64,000 nt of DNA from Takakia lepidozioides. Its lineage: Eukaryota; Plantae; Bryophyta. Below the pieces are notes generated by a model. That model had not been told where the DNA came from, did not search any database, and worked only from the letters and a program-made list of their open reading frames with translations. Position numbers and translations under genes: made by a program. Location: positions 37,882,001 to 37,946,000 of the forward strand of contig CM060734.1 of NCBI GenBank assembly GCA_030704615.1. Direction: 5' to 3'. This document shows positions 37,900 through 51,500 of the stretch, piece after piece (the first letter of the stretch is position 1; each line of letters begins with the position of its first letter).

Positions 37900-38580
37900 C
37901 ACCAAAACAAATAAATAACATTTGGGGCTTAGATTGGGGCCATGATAGTGGCATGCCCCAAATCTTCGAGCAAATCTAAGGAGGTCTCTCGGCGGCTCTT
38001 TTCGCCAGCTCCTTCTTGTGCCTCCATTTCTTCCCACCTTGCCGCTACAATTCTTTTGTTGTATGAAGTGAGGAATCATAAAGACCTCTCCAGATGCATG
38101 CGATGATAAGTTTTGCAAGTCAGTTTTTCCAAGGCCCGCGTGACCTTCACAAGAGTCAAATCTCTTAAGAACATCATCTTAGTAGTGCATTAGCTTCATT
38201 GGCAGTAGTGTGCACCTCATTCACTTGACCACCCACACTATAAAATGTAGCTATCAGATCCAAGCTTCCCATATTTAGGCGACCATAATCGTGTGAGCCA
38301 TACCAGCATGCGACGCTGAAAACACATTCCAATTGCCATCATATACACTTGTCATTCTCACGAAGAAAAGAACAAGGGCTACTTCAAAGAAATCCAATGT
38401 TCTGGCCCACCAAGAAGAAAGACAAGGCCAAGCAAAAATGCATTTCAAACCCAGACAAGGATTCTTCATCAGAGGATAAAGATGCAAAGAGGGGGCCAAA
38501 TTGGAAGGAGCTTTTTGGTGGTCAACCTCCGCTCATTCACCTGCGCGGAGAGATGCATAACAATTTGCGGGAATGAAAAA
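37900..38580. mobile_element. Possible PIF/Harbinger relic (Myb/SANT-like fragment)
   Basis: KRGPNWKE...LIHLRGEMH resembles the trihelix/Myb ORF of Harbingers; heavily decayed. Confidence 0.3.
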
Positions 38581-40834
38581 CAAAGGTCAGTGGACATTGA
38601 AATACCTCTACTTGCTCCATCTTTACATGGAATCATTGACATACTCCATCTACTAAACTTTGACAATATATGGAATTGGGATTTTTGTCAATATCTAGCA
38701 CTATGAATAGTTGAAATGTGTCATTCCAACATTAAAATAGACCATTTCAACCATTCAATTGGGCCATTTCAATATTGAAATGGTCTTTCACTCCCTCTAC
38801 TGGATGTGTTCCCTCACTTTGATGTACTCTTTCAACTATTCTCTCTGTTTTTTTAATGTGACGTTGTGTGCTTTTTTGTTATCACCGTTTCCATTCTATT
38901 TATCTCGTACCTTAATTACTTCTATGACGTTATTTGGCAAGAGCACAATAATTGAAGTCATTCTAGCTTTTCGAATCCATGTCAAATTCAAGTGCTTGAT
39001 GCAATCCAACATTATGGATTTGTGGCTTTTGGTTTCAAGTGTTGATAATTGGGCCAACTATAAAGTTCGGTTCCTATCCACTTGTTTGCAATAGCCAGGC
39101 ACCTCCCTACCACTCCATGCAACATCACATCTGTCAAGGCATGCAATGCGCTCGGCGAGGGGATGGACGATCAATGCCAAGAGAGGTGCAGATGGGCCCG
39201 CCATGCCATTGCCATGACAATGCTTCTGTTCCTCAACTTTCAAACATGCAATTCAATGTCTATTGCTCATTGTTGGATTTTTTCGTTCTTGTTAGGGTAT
39301 TTTGTGCCCATAATACTAAGATAATACTGACAAAGGACAGGCTTACATGAGTTAGGGAATGGCACAAAAAACACTAAGTTGCTTCAGATTCAAACCATAG
39401 GAACCCATACCTTAACATGAGTAACTCGACTTCTTACTATAAGTATTTTATCAATGGTGTAAGGAGGAAGGGACTACGCTTGGCTATGAGTAATAATTTT
39501 TTCTTTTTCTTTTTCTGAAGAGTCATATAAGCTAGGTAGTGACATATATCTCTAAAGGTCACTTCACACTTGCCAGTAACCTACCTCCGCGATAGGGTCT
39601 ATCATCATCACATGATATTTTAACTACCTTACCTATGCTCACACCTATAGTATCATTTGGGCTATTTCTCGTTGGTAACTAACTATCTCAGTTCACACTT
39701 GCAACTAGTTATCAACAAAATTAACATCACTTGATACTTGTAACTATTTGCATTCATGACTGAACATGTCTACGACACACTATCCCTAGTAATTGCTTTG
39801 CCGCAATCTATCATTTCATGTTTGTGCTCACCTCAACGTCGATTCCATCAACTAGTCGATTGTTGCATCAACTGTGCACCATCTTGCTCACGCAATTCTT
39901 TCATATTGTTTTACAGGTAAAATTAAAAGCCTGAGGAGGGAAGATGCCACTGCATTCACAACAATGTTTTAATGGCATTTGTGCTGGGAAGTCTCTCTCC
40001 CTCCCTTCTATTGCCTTGCGAGTTTGCCTACTTTGCTTCATTGCTCAGAGAGTCGGCCATTGAGGGTATGTGTCACCGCACACCATTTCAAGTGCACTGT
40101 ACACGAACAAAAAGAAACAAGAAGCCAACGCAGGAACGGGGAAGAATTACCATCTCGCCTAGACAATCCCTTGAAGCTCACCCTGATGTGTTGGTGGAAA
40201 TGAGTCCAATCGGCACCACAAACTGGTGGAGTGCAATACAAATGCCAGTTTGCAAGCTTATCGGCTTGATAACAGTTTAGGGTAACTGTAGGCCCTAACA
40301 CAAACTTTTATCAGGCCGATAAGCATTGGAAAACATGCCTTTGAAAGCAGGCCAGTAGCAGGTTCCTTGAACACCATCAGAATGCCCTGAAGCTCGCAAA
40401 TAAGACCAGCACACCACCTAGAGTGTTGGCCCACACCACCAACAGCCTTGTCTCTCATCTATTCCTGACGATACAACACGGTGATATTCCCCTTCCAACC
40501 CTAAACCCTATGTCTTCTCATCCTGTTTCTGCAATTAGAAGTGGTATGCATTGACGCACACCACAACACACCCCTGGATAACACACCCCTATTGCGAAGC
40601 ATTCTTTTGCTACTGTCGAAACTCGCGATGTTCAGCGAGCGATGAGATAAAATATCTACATGACTTGAATTTCTCTCCATTCTCTTTGGCACTAGGGCTA
40701 GTTGTCATGGATGATATATTTGCAATGGATGATATATGAGCGCTGGAATACGAGCGACGGATGAGTCGATCAGCGGTGATAGGTACAATCCACGGAAATA
40801 GGTGCAGTATTTTTTCCAAAAAACCTTGAGCCAT

Positions 40835-40875
40835 CCAGCGCTCACGTGAGCACTGCTCACGATCTAGCATTCCTG
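40835..40875. repeat. hAT-like transposon end (reverse complement CAGGAATGCTAGATCGTGAGC)
   Basis: Same sequence and orientation as about 28346-28388; abuts the Gypsy integrase. Confidence 0.6.
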
Positions 40876-42150
40876 ACCAAGAAACATATGCCTAAACAGA
40901 ACAAACCAACCGTACAATTGAAGATATGTTGAGAATGTACGTGTGTGAGAGGCAATCCTCTTGGGAACAGTATCTGTACTTGGTAGAATTTGCTTATAAC
41001 AAACATTTCCACAATGCCATTGGCATGAGTCCATTTAATGCATTGTATGGACAAGATTGTTTAGCCCCTGCTTCGCTCTTTACACCACCATCGAATGTAC
41101 ATAGTGTGAATGATAGGATCAAGGAGATGCACTCTGTATGAGATTTGGTGAAACGTAGCATGCAGAGTGCACAGGAACGGGCCAAGGTCTTTGTTGACAA
41201 GGATGAGACTTTCCATGAGTTTTATGCTGGTGACATGGTGTTGTTCTTAACTTGGTTATACCTAAAAGAAACAATATAACACTTGGCAAGTGTTACAAGC
41301 TGTCACCAAGATTTTGTGGCCCATTCAAGATCCTAGAACGCCATGGCACCGTGGCCTATGAGTTGGATCTGCTTCCCACGTGGAAGGTTCGCAATGTTTT
41401 CCATGTCAGCCTTCTCAGAAAATATATGTCAGATTCATGTCACATCTTGCCCACATTGCCTCAGGTTATGACTGATGGTCAATTGATAGCCGAACTTGAA
41501 AAAATCTTAGAAACTCGAGAGAAGCACATGCACAACCGATATTGCAAAGAGTATTTGATTAAGTGATTGCACTACCTAGAGACAGAGGCTACTTGGGAAA
41601 GAGAAGATGAGTTCAGGCTAAATTATCCTTCATTTTTCTGTCATTAAGGACAATGACCTATCTTTGGGAGGGGGAGCTGTTAGGTGCCAGGAATGAGAAT
41701 AGAACTGTGAACCAGTTCTGAAGCAATGACAACTGCTAGAAAAGCGGCGATGAACCGACAGTTGTGCAGGTCAAGATGGGCAAACTTGTGTATGTGAAGG
41801 CAATTGAAGACTAGGGATTTCGGATGTTAAGGACAGAGCAAAGCAAGATCGAGAAGATGGCTGTGACAGGCTTTGGGCAGATTTGAATTCAACTAGATGA
41901 TGTATAGAGATAGCACAATGCGGTGGTTGGGTGGACCGGGAGAGCAGCCCGGTATCGTGCACTTGTAGTTAGTTTTACATGTGTTAGAGATCTTGGTTGG
42001 TTTTCCATGTTACCAAGAACTAGGCCATGGGCCCTTGTTTGTACAGAACAAAGGTTTTGAAATTCCTGTGAATAGTGTTTCAAGCAAAAGCACGTCTGAA
42101 CTGCCTGGATTTATGTCACGATTGAACTGAAGAAAGAGAGATTCATAATA
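40876..42150 (+). mobile_element. 3' half of a Gypsy chromovirus: integrase C-terminus, chromodomain, PPT, 3' LTR 41678-42150
   Basis: TNRTIEDMLRMYV, KLSPRFCGPFKI, VFHVSLL, EYLIK..ATWE. PPT GGGAGGGGGAG. LTR followed by GAATG. Confidence 0.88.
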
Positions 42151-43072
42151 GAATGGACCTCTTTACACGAACTGTCTGTCTCAACCGCCTAAGAGTTGGC
42201 ATCAGACCACAGAGTTTCCTTTATCAAGCAATTTTCTTTGTCACTAAAACCCTTAGGTTTGCCCTCATCTCTTAGCTCTTTCCAACCCAAACGCAGGCCT
42301 ATATGCCTTCTAAAAAAGAAACACCAGTTGTGTGGCTTCGGGTGTTTGGGCTAACGTGAGGCACGAGGTGGAGAGCAAGATAAGCAAATATCCAATCAGA
42401 TAGACAACCAAGAATTTCCCTCACCTGTGATAAGGTCGCATGTTGCTCTCCTAGAGCCCGACGAGTTAGAATTTTTACTGCATAGACAAGGAGTGCTAGA
42501 GGTGGTGGGGGCTTGAGCAGCTCTGTTGCCTTCCATTTAGGCGCCATGAATGCTCATGTGTCCGCCTTTCCAGCCATATAGCTTGAACTTCATAAAACCA
42601 TAGAGATTCACGTCACCCCATAAACGAAAGACTGCACAATCCGCAACCTACCTAGCATCCACCATAACACTTCTACGCCCGCCCTTCCAACTCACCCAGC
42701 TCGGAATTCACAGATACAATAAAAATAGGTGTCACCTTGTGATCATGCCCCATAATCTTCTAACCCTAGAATCCGCTTTCTCATCATAAATTTGTCAGAG
42801 TTCATCCCCGCATTTAGTAGACGACGGCGGTGAGCCGTTATACCTTGCCTCGCCCATAATGTGTATAGCTACCATATGTAAAGCTGGCTGCATTCCAGCC
42901 TTTCATGATTCTATGGCCAGGATGCAAGGTAATCTGTTTGGCCCATGACATGTTGCCAACTGGGGGCTTATCCCAACCTGGGGTTTGGGGTATATGGTCA
43001 TTCTGACCTTGAGCAAATGAATTGCTTTTTGTATGTATAGCCTAGTATACTGGTATTGCGACAGAGCTGTGG

Positions 43073-43460
43073 ATGTGGTATTTCTCTTGCATATGTGACA
43101 TTCGTACGACCCTGATCTGTTATTCCTCTACGTGTGCTCTCGTGGAGGATTCTCTGGCCAGGGTTATGGCCCGTGTGCATCAAATCCAATCATGGATTGA
43201 ATCAACTGTATTATTGGATGCAGTTGCAGTGGGGTCATGGACACGTAGGCCTAGATTATGGTGGACCAATCTTGCACCACCAGAATTGCTCAAGAGATCC
43301 TATGAAAATTCAATGGTCATCCAACCTCACGGTTGAGGGCATTTTGGACCAAGAGAGGCAAATACAGAGAATGTGTCATGATGATCGTCCATCTTTGGCA
43401 GTGGTCAATAACCGAGTGGGGCAGCCACGAGTGGCCTTGTCTACACTCATGAATTACACT
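43073..43460 (+). pseudogene. Fragment of a second retroelement-type C5 methyltransferase
   Basis: ARVHQIQSWIESTVLLDAVAVGSWTRRPRLWWTNL...LTVEGILD...HDDRPSLAVVN.RVGQPRVAL is colinear with the 8491-9726 protein. Confidence 0.85.
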
Positions 43461-44026
43461 GATGATCAGTTGGAGACTAAGGTTTTTGGAGAGATTGAGA
43501 ATGTTTCTTGCTCAGAGGATGTTCTCAAGGTGCTATGGCGGAGCAAGTAGAGGCTATGTCATAGTGAGGGTGGATGGACAAGGCCCAAGAGGTTGCTATT
43601 TAGCAACCAGAGGCTGTGTCTCCTACCTCCAAGCCTAGTGTATCCAAGGTTGCAGTCATTGAGGACAATTGGGAACCAGATGTTGGTCCTACAGTCACCG
43701 GATGAAAGAGACGGAAGATCCAACAATTTCTGAGGGCTTGCAAATATCCTCAGAAATTGCTTTGTGTTCGGTTTGAAAGATTTGAGGAGTTTGAAGGGCC
43801 AAAAGTTTTTTTTGTAAATATAATTATGTATATTTACATTAGGGTCTTTTACAACTTTGAAAATGTATATACACATGTGTTAAAATCATGAAACAACCTA
43901 TATAAAGGGGTATTTTCAATTAGGTGAAGAACACACGTGACGTATATATTTTATAAAGAATGGACCCCACTAGGGAACTACAATATTGACAATGGAGCAA
44001 AGCCATAGCAGGATATCGAGACTACG

Positions 44027-44214
44027 ACAACCAGCATGTAAACCAGTGGTAAGGGGCACATACCACGTTGGATGTGGTTGTGGGTTCAAACCACGGTCTG
44101 GTGTGTCATGAAGGTGTCCACCTTCCTAGCGAAAGGCAGTAGCCCTTCGGGGTGAAGTGACTCCATAAGTTACGCTTCCTTCGGGAGGCGTCATACTTAC
44201 TTTCTTACTTTCTT
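44027..44214 (+). mobile_element. tRNA-derived SINE
   Basis: A-box-like CCAGTGGT, B-box GGTTCAAACC, (CTTACTTT) tail, 11-bp TSD TCGAGACTACG (44016-44026 / 44215-44225). Confidence 0.8.
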
Positions 44215-45572
44215 TCGAGACTACGTGAAAGCTTGGCCCGCCGGGTAACAGGCTGCCTACTCGCCACATATGCAACCCGCAGTCACGTCCATCGCCCTGA
44301 AATGATGAGACTCACGACGGGTCAGACCTCTGGCTTTAGAAAATCGTAGCTGGTTGGGATTTTATCGTTTTACGGCTTAATAAATTTGCCCTTATGTTAT
44401 AGTCGACCATCTTTAAATGTTATGCATGGAGAGTAAGGAAAACATAACATACATAGATATATAACGACACTAAAGAAGGCAAAAATATCCTACCCTATCC
44501 GATCAATTATAATGGTCACACTTAACGAGGTCAACTAGGTGGAAAGTAACATTTATTCATTAAATCTAATAAAAAAGGTCCATTTGTCGATAATTGGATA
44601 TGCTACAACTCCTTTTGAATTGACAGAGTTTGAAAGCTCTGATATTTTGCCATGCACATTGATTTTTTTTCAACAATACTTTGTGGTTTGGCAAGCTAGC
44701 AAAAGGACTGATTTTTTGAGCTACTGCAATAAAGGTCAGCCCTCCTAGGCATATGGTGCACTCTTTCCAGATCAAAAGGAGGATTCAGCTTTTTGCAAAA
44801 CTGGAGGCGCCCAAGCCAATCTTTTTCCTACTACCGATCACCAGCCATTTTCCACTGATGCTGCTAGGATGGTACCGTATTTGGTCACTTTTATGCAAAG
44901 ACCAGTGATGCAAGTTTTGAGTCACCAGATTCCATATTCACCTTTCTCATAAATGTAGCAAGGTAGGATTTGTCACTGTTACACCATTATGATAGCTTTC
45001 CACAAATAAGAGGCACATCAAAGTTGGTTATTTTATTCTGGGGACAACTTTTTGTCTCAATTTTCTCTCACAAAAAAACGGGCCTCCCTTGACAGTCTCA
45101 TGGGCATGAACTTAATCCTCATAAGAGAATGTCACATTGGTCCTGTGCACAATCAAATGCTAGCTGGGTACTTACCGTCAAATATGATGTGTCCCTATGG
45201 TAGTTCATCACAGAAACTTGGGTATGTAACACTTGCAAGTGATCAGCCGTGAGTGGGGTAGTGGAGCCATGGGGATACATGATGCTACAAACCTGGTATG
45301 CTTGCACTCTAGTGTTGGAGACGTAAGATGTAAGGATGAAGCTATACAGAGCCACTCTGAAATAAATGGTCACACAAAGACAAACAATTGAGATTGCTTA
45401 CCTTGGCAGGTAGAGGAGTGGCTGGGAAACTGCTAGAGGGTTATTAGTTATTACGGTCCTCGGGTACCCTTCCCGAGAATAGCTGTGTGTGCTTTGAGAC
45501 TGAGATGAACACTGGAATTTTATAACCATAGCTCTCAGGCATGTTCCTAAATTGGTTCATAAAAAAAGAGTT

Positions 45573-47264
45573 TCATTTCACTGAACATCGAAGAGAGTCT
45601 TCTTTTCGTTCCAACACATCGGTAAGGACATCGGTGGCCCAGTCCTTCACATCCTCCTGACACAAAATGACCAATGCATATACCATTGTGAGAGCTTAGT
45701 GAACTCTGAATCCACAACTGAGAGGTAACTCAAAGATTACTACGATAGCCACATCCAAGGTAAAGAAGAGCATACAAGGTGAAAACAAGGCACCAGGACA
45801 AAACCACAAGGAAAATAATCAACAACAAAAAGGAAGGAAACCAGAAAGAAAGTCTCATCACTTAGAGAGTAAATCCAAGAAAACCACAATCAACAACATC
45901 CTGTACAAGAGTGACAGGCTGATAGAACTCCCCACTGACTTCATCGTCAGTTCCCGACAGAGATGTATTGAGTTTCTGTATCAACATGGGACTACTCAGC
46001 CAAGACATAGTTTTAGCATTCAAATCATGAAAACACAAGACAGAAAACCACAAAGAGAATGACCTCATAAGGCATTGTTTTCCATGCCTTGTGGCACTGG
46101 ATGCTGCGCCCAGTTTGGGCAGAAACCATAAAGAGAATGTACTCATAAGAGAGAGAACAAGGAGAGAGAGAACCTAACTATGAGAAAACGAAGTGAACAA
46201 ATGATGCCTTATCAATCTATGCCCTATGTAAGAACCAGACAACAGATGTAACTACTGCCGCCACTAAGTAAGCACTTTCACAATTCTTATTTCCCAGGGC
46301 ATGACATAATTCTTAGAGGCTCCAGAAAACGTAGAAAAGACAAATTGGGTGAGATTGACCCCCATAGAGAACTACTGGCTTTCTAGCTGTGCCACTGAAG
46401 GGCGGTTTGCCAGACCAGCAGGTCACAGCAAAAGGCTGGACAAAGGGCAAGAATGGAAGCAAAGGGAAACATACCAGGCTCAGAGGCTCGCCTGTGCGGA
46501 TGTGGGCATTTGGACGTCCTATTCTGGATTCATAAGGAGTGCGTGGTCGTAGCTCTTGTATCTCATCCCACTGTTCACGTGTGAGGGGCTTCAAGCTTTC
46601 CTGTGCTTCAGCAAATTCTTTTGCCTGCCGCTCTATTCGCTCTGGCTCTTGTGACTCATCATACTGCCCATGAAACCCGCGTTACAATTTGTCTAACTAC
46701 AGACGTTATGAATCCTCAACCTAACCCTAAAAAAGAGAAGAGTGACAATAGTAATCGCAGCAGAAACAAATTAAAAGTTCTAGAGAAGCTAAAGATTGGT
46801 AGCGTGACCACAGCCATCCCAGATACAGTTGTCCAAGATTCTCGTCCCCCAAACAGAATCTGAAGCTTCCGAGGATGGGCTCTCTGATATGAAAGCAATG
46901 CTACGGCAAACAACGTCTTATGGGTACATTCTATATGAAAGCGATAAGAACCATAATCATTCCTAATTCCTCCATGTTTGCTCTACTAATGCTGTGCATG
47001 TGAGTCTGAGCGTGCGAACACTACGTGTTTGTGTGTGTGAGAGAGAGAAGTGGAAAGGAGGATCACCATCATGGTAAGCTTGGCAAGCACCACGACTAGC
47101 ACCATGCCTGCAGCAACTTTTATGCTAGGAGTGTCCCAGAACTCTTGGCTCTGAGGCACTTGGACTGGATATGGGGGTGCAGCCGGCCTCCTGCGCACAG
47201 CTTTCCTTCCCTGTTTGGAGCGTACCCAGTGCCCGCCAGCTCTTCGTGCTACCCCTCTCCACAT
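45573..47264 (-). CDS. Protein of unknown function, 156 aa; exons 47067-47264, 46475-46663, 45573-45656
   Basis: In-phase GT-AG exons. Basic N-terminus resembling a mitochondrial presequence, one hydrophobic segment, then RPRTPYESRIGRPNAHIRTGEPL..EDVKDW. Confidence 0.8.
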
Positions 47265-48505
47265 TTCCTCTTCCTATGTGCTGACGCGTTACCTTCACTC
47301 TCGTTCCGATTGAAACTCTGGGAAAACCCAAACAAATGCACAGCGTGATTCTTCCAACGAACATTGCATGTCGTGTGCTTCTAGCAATAGTTTTTTCTAA
47401 TAAGGCTACGAAAGAGCGAGAGCTCTCATACGATATTGGTATACGTTTTGTGTTGTTATGATGCATACTTCAGGTAGTTTACAACATGTGAGGCTATAAT
47501 TGTCCTCAGAAGTTCGCGTCGGAGCACACTGTTATATGAAGGGGGTCTACAGGAGATAAACATGTGAGGGATCTGTCGCATTGAGTTGGGGTTTTGCGAG
47601 TCCAGTGGAGGGTGGAGGGGAGAGAGAGAGAGATTGGGAGCGAATCTTGACTTACACAAGGAATTAGCATAGAATTGTAGGCTGTCAGAAAACCAGTAAG
47701 AAGACGGTGATGGCAGAGAAGCTTGGTGGTAAGGGAACATTCAATGTGCACTACTTATCCAACAGCGAGGAGATATGGGTTGATGCTCACGACGTCAACT
47801 CGCATCGATTCTTTGCAGTGGACGTGGAGATGGTACTGATATTGATCGACGAGTACATTCCTTCTTGGGTGGGATTCTTCAGCAATATGCGAGCTTGGAC
47901 GCGTTGACGCATTTGCGAGGGGAGAATGAGTTTGAAGAGAGTGGATTAGGTCTTTGATCCTACCAGGGCTACTGATATTGATGGTCTAAGAGCTAAATTC
48001 TCTCAAGTGATTAAGGCTGCACTTCCTGACAAAAAACACTTCATAAGTGACCTGTAGAGACACTTACCTTGCATGAAGTGTTGAGCTATCTCTAGCTACC
48101 TTTCAATGACATTTTGAGCCAGAGCTACAAGCAGAAAAGGATTGTGGCAGACAAGCGCAAGAAAAATTCAAAATTCCTCATGCCCGTTCACACCTTCAGC
48201 CTCATGATACTGGCCTTCTAAGTCCCTTCAGAATGGCTCCTAGACAACCAATGTTGTGAGCTAGAAAAGCAAAATTCCAGCTACTAATGCCACCTCTGTT
48301 GTATTGTAATTGCAAAATTGTAACTTATGTGACAATCTGCCGCTTTACACAGCTCTATATATGAGATTCAATCTCTGTACAAATTGAAGTTTAGGGATGC
48401 TAATGTGGGGACGCCTACAAATCCCCTGCCAAAGAAGACAATGAGAGATGAAGTAAAAGATGAGTCTGCACAGGCAAATTGAACCAGTTGAAAGTTGACA
48501 ATTGT

Positions 48506-51500
48506 CTATGCTCGCACGGGTGCCGACGCTGGAGACTCTGGCAAGATGCTGTCTGCGAGCTCTGAATTCAGCTTCACTGGGAGGGGTGGCATTTCGCTCA
48601 TAATGCCTGGCATATTTGTCATCCTGCACCACCTCCCGGGTATCACAACTTAAGACTGAAACTGACAAAACGACAATAAGAGGAGATACTGACAGGTGGA
48701 ATGTTTGAGCCTCTTGATGTTCCCTTGAACACATTGGGTTTCTGAAGAGAAACTTTTGTCATTTGCCACACGGTGGTCTTAGGCATGGCCCCACCCTTAC
48801 TCCTGTATGCTCTGCAAACATTGCACCAAAGACCTGTAGAACACTGATAAATGAAAGCTGCCCTGGCCCTTAGAGGTTCTTTTGGCTGCGTGGACAAACT
48901 TTTAGACAAGAACAGCAGTTCTTTAAGGTCATTGGGCTGTGAGAGAAACTAGCAAAAATAGAAACAGCGGGTAGCCATCCCAAAACAGAGGCAAAACCAC
49001 TATGGGGCTTCAATAGGCACTTATGAGTGTGAGGAATAACTGAGAAGTAGAGCCAACATACCCATCCAAAATTGCAAATACGTTGTTCCGAAAGCGCACC
49101 AGCAAGTCAATGTTACCCTGCAGCTGTTCAGACCCACCATTGCCCCACAGCTCAATATAGCCAGCCACCGTAAAGCTCTCCTCCTGAAGGCCCACAACCT
49201 CAAATAGTAGAGCTGATGATGGTCTCATATGAGACCATGAGAAAGTCCTTAGTTCTCTAGCGGCAATTCAGGTGATAACTAGCACAGAAAGCATAGGGAT
49301 GAGGTAAAAACTTGTTCATATAGATTTCAGGCATGCCTTCACCCACGGATTACAACTATGTGGAAGGGATGGATGTTTACTCTTGAGGTTAAACTGGGGA
49401 CTGTCAATGCTGCTGCCAGCACTAGCATAGGAGCATAATAAACTACAACCTCCTGACTTTCACATTGTTGGAAACTAGACCTGTCCTCTACCTCCTAGAG
49501 ATATCGACAGATAGCTTCTAGCACAAGCAGCAGTACAAAAACTGACAGCCTAAACCAACCAAAGAGTTAGTACTAACAAGAAGTGTCAGTCCTAACAAGA
49601 ATGCTCCTTACTGCAAAAAGAAAAACTTACAAAAGTAGATGCTGGACTTCTCCTCCTCCTCTCTCTGCAATCTACTAGGATAGCACATCCAAAATGCTAG
49701 AAGAAGTGCTGGGCATTGCCTCAGCCTTTCCCTTAAATCCTACATGAGTTCTCTAGAAACTTCTGGTGGCTGGAACCTTCTGGTAGAACTATCCCTAGCC
49801 GTCAAAAAACCCTAACAGAACCCTAGCTAACTAAATCTGAGCTGACTTCTAACACTCCCACTCAGCGAGGATTGAGGCTTAACCCAATCAGTTCCATGCA
49901 TATAGAATGCTTTTCTTTGGATAGAGCCTTTGTGAGTGCATCAGCTGCCATGTCCTCAGTCCTACAGAAAACCAACTCAATCTCCAAACCAATCATTTCT
50001 CTAATGAAATGATGTTTGATATCTATGTGCTTGGTCCGGGCATGATGAACAGGATTCTTGCTCAGCTCAATGCTGCTCCTGTTATCAGCATGCACTTTCA
50101 TTGGCTGTTCTTGACTGAAGCCAAGTTCACCAAGAAGCCTTCGAATCCAAATGGCTTTAGCTGCATGAGTCAGAGCCATATACTCTGACTCAGTCGAGGA
50201 TAGAGCAGTGGTCTGTTGTCTTTTGCTGCTCCAGCTCACAGCACCTCCACTCATTACAAAGCAGTAAGCAGATATGGATCTCTCATCTGTGTCTCCTGCC
50301 CAATCTGCATCACTGTATCCTTCTAGTGATGCTCCAGTGTCCTGCTTGTTGTAAGTTAGACATGTATCCGCAGTCCCTTTCAAATATCTAATCACCCTCT
50401 TGAGTGCTTTCCAATGCTGAGGTCCTGGGTTGTGCATGAACTTACTAAGCATTCCCACTGCATAGGCAATGTCTGGCCTGGTGCCAATCATTGCATACAT
50501 CAGAGATCCCATGGCTTGCTGATATGGAACCTTAGCCATTTCCTCAATCTCACTTGGAGATTTTGGCTCCATTTCCTTACTCAGCTTGCAGCCGGTTTCC
50601 AATGGTGTTGGTGCTGGTTTGCAGTCCTGCATACCAAACTTCGCAACAACATTCCTGACATACCTCTCTTGGCTCAACTTTATAGTTCTCGCCTTCCTGT
50701 CCCTCAAAATCTGAATTCCAAGTAGGTAGTTCACAGCTCCAAGATCAACCATCTCAAAGGTTTCACTCAAATCATGCTTTGCCTGCGCATGGTATCCTTG
50801 TTGTCGCTGATCAGTAGCAGGTCATCCACATAGAGTGCTATTATCATGACACCTGATGTCATGTAGTAAATGCTCTGATCAGCTGTACTCCTTACAAAAC
50901 CTTGGCCTGTCAAGTAGCTATTGATCTTCTCATACCATGTCCTCGATGCCTGTTTGAGTCCATATAACGATTTCTTGAGCCGACACACCTTATCACCTTC
51001 TTGGAAGCCTTCTGGTTGTTTCATGTAGATCTCCTCCTGGAGATCCCCATTCAAGAATGCAGTCTTCACTGTTGGAGGTGTCAAGGCTATAGCCCTTGCC
51101 CGTCACTCTGAGAACAGAACGGGACGGGTAGCTCAGTGGTAGAGCACCCCACCGGAATGGGGGAGGTCCTAGGTTCAATCCCTAGCCCGACCATATGCCA
51201 ATGGTTTTCCAACATGGTATCAGAGCCAAGGTTGGGGCGGTGGTCAGAATGGGTGGGCATCAGCTATAAGGGCTATGCCTTGAGGGGGAGTGTTGGAGGT
51301 GTCAAGGCTATAGCCCTTGCCCGTCACTCTGAGAACAGAACGGGACGGGTAGCTCAGTGGTAGAGCACCCCACCGGAATGGGGGAGGTCCTAGGTTCAAT
51401 CCCTAGCCCGACCATACGCCAATGGTTTTCCAACATTCACGTCCATGTGTTCTATCTCCAGTCATGCTTCGCTGCCAATGCCAGTAAACATCGGATGGAG

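Noticed and set aside
40100-40260. BED finger of a hAT transposase
   Set aside because: Only a vague GG..YKCQF resemblance, and no transposase core was found.
51122-51414. Two functional tRNA genes
   Set aside because: The anticodon arm lacks a canonical 7-nt loop, the acceptor stem has a mismatch, and both lie inside TRIM LTRs.
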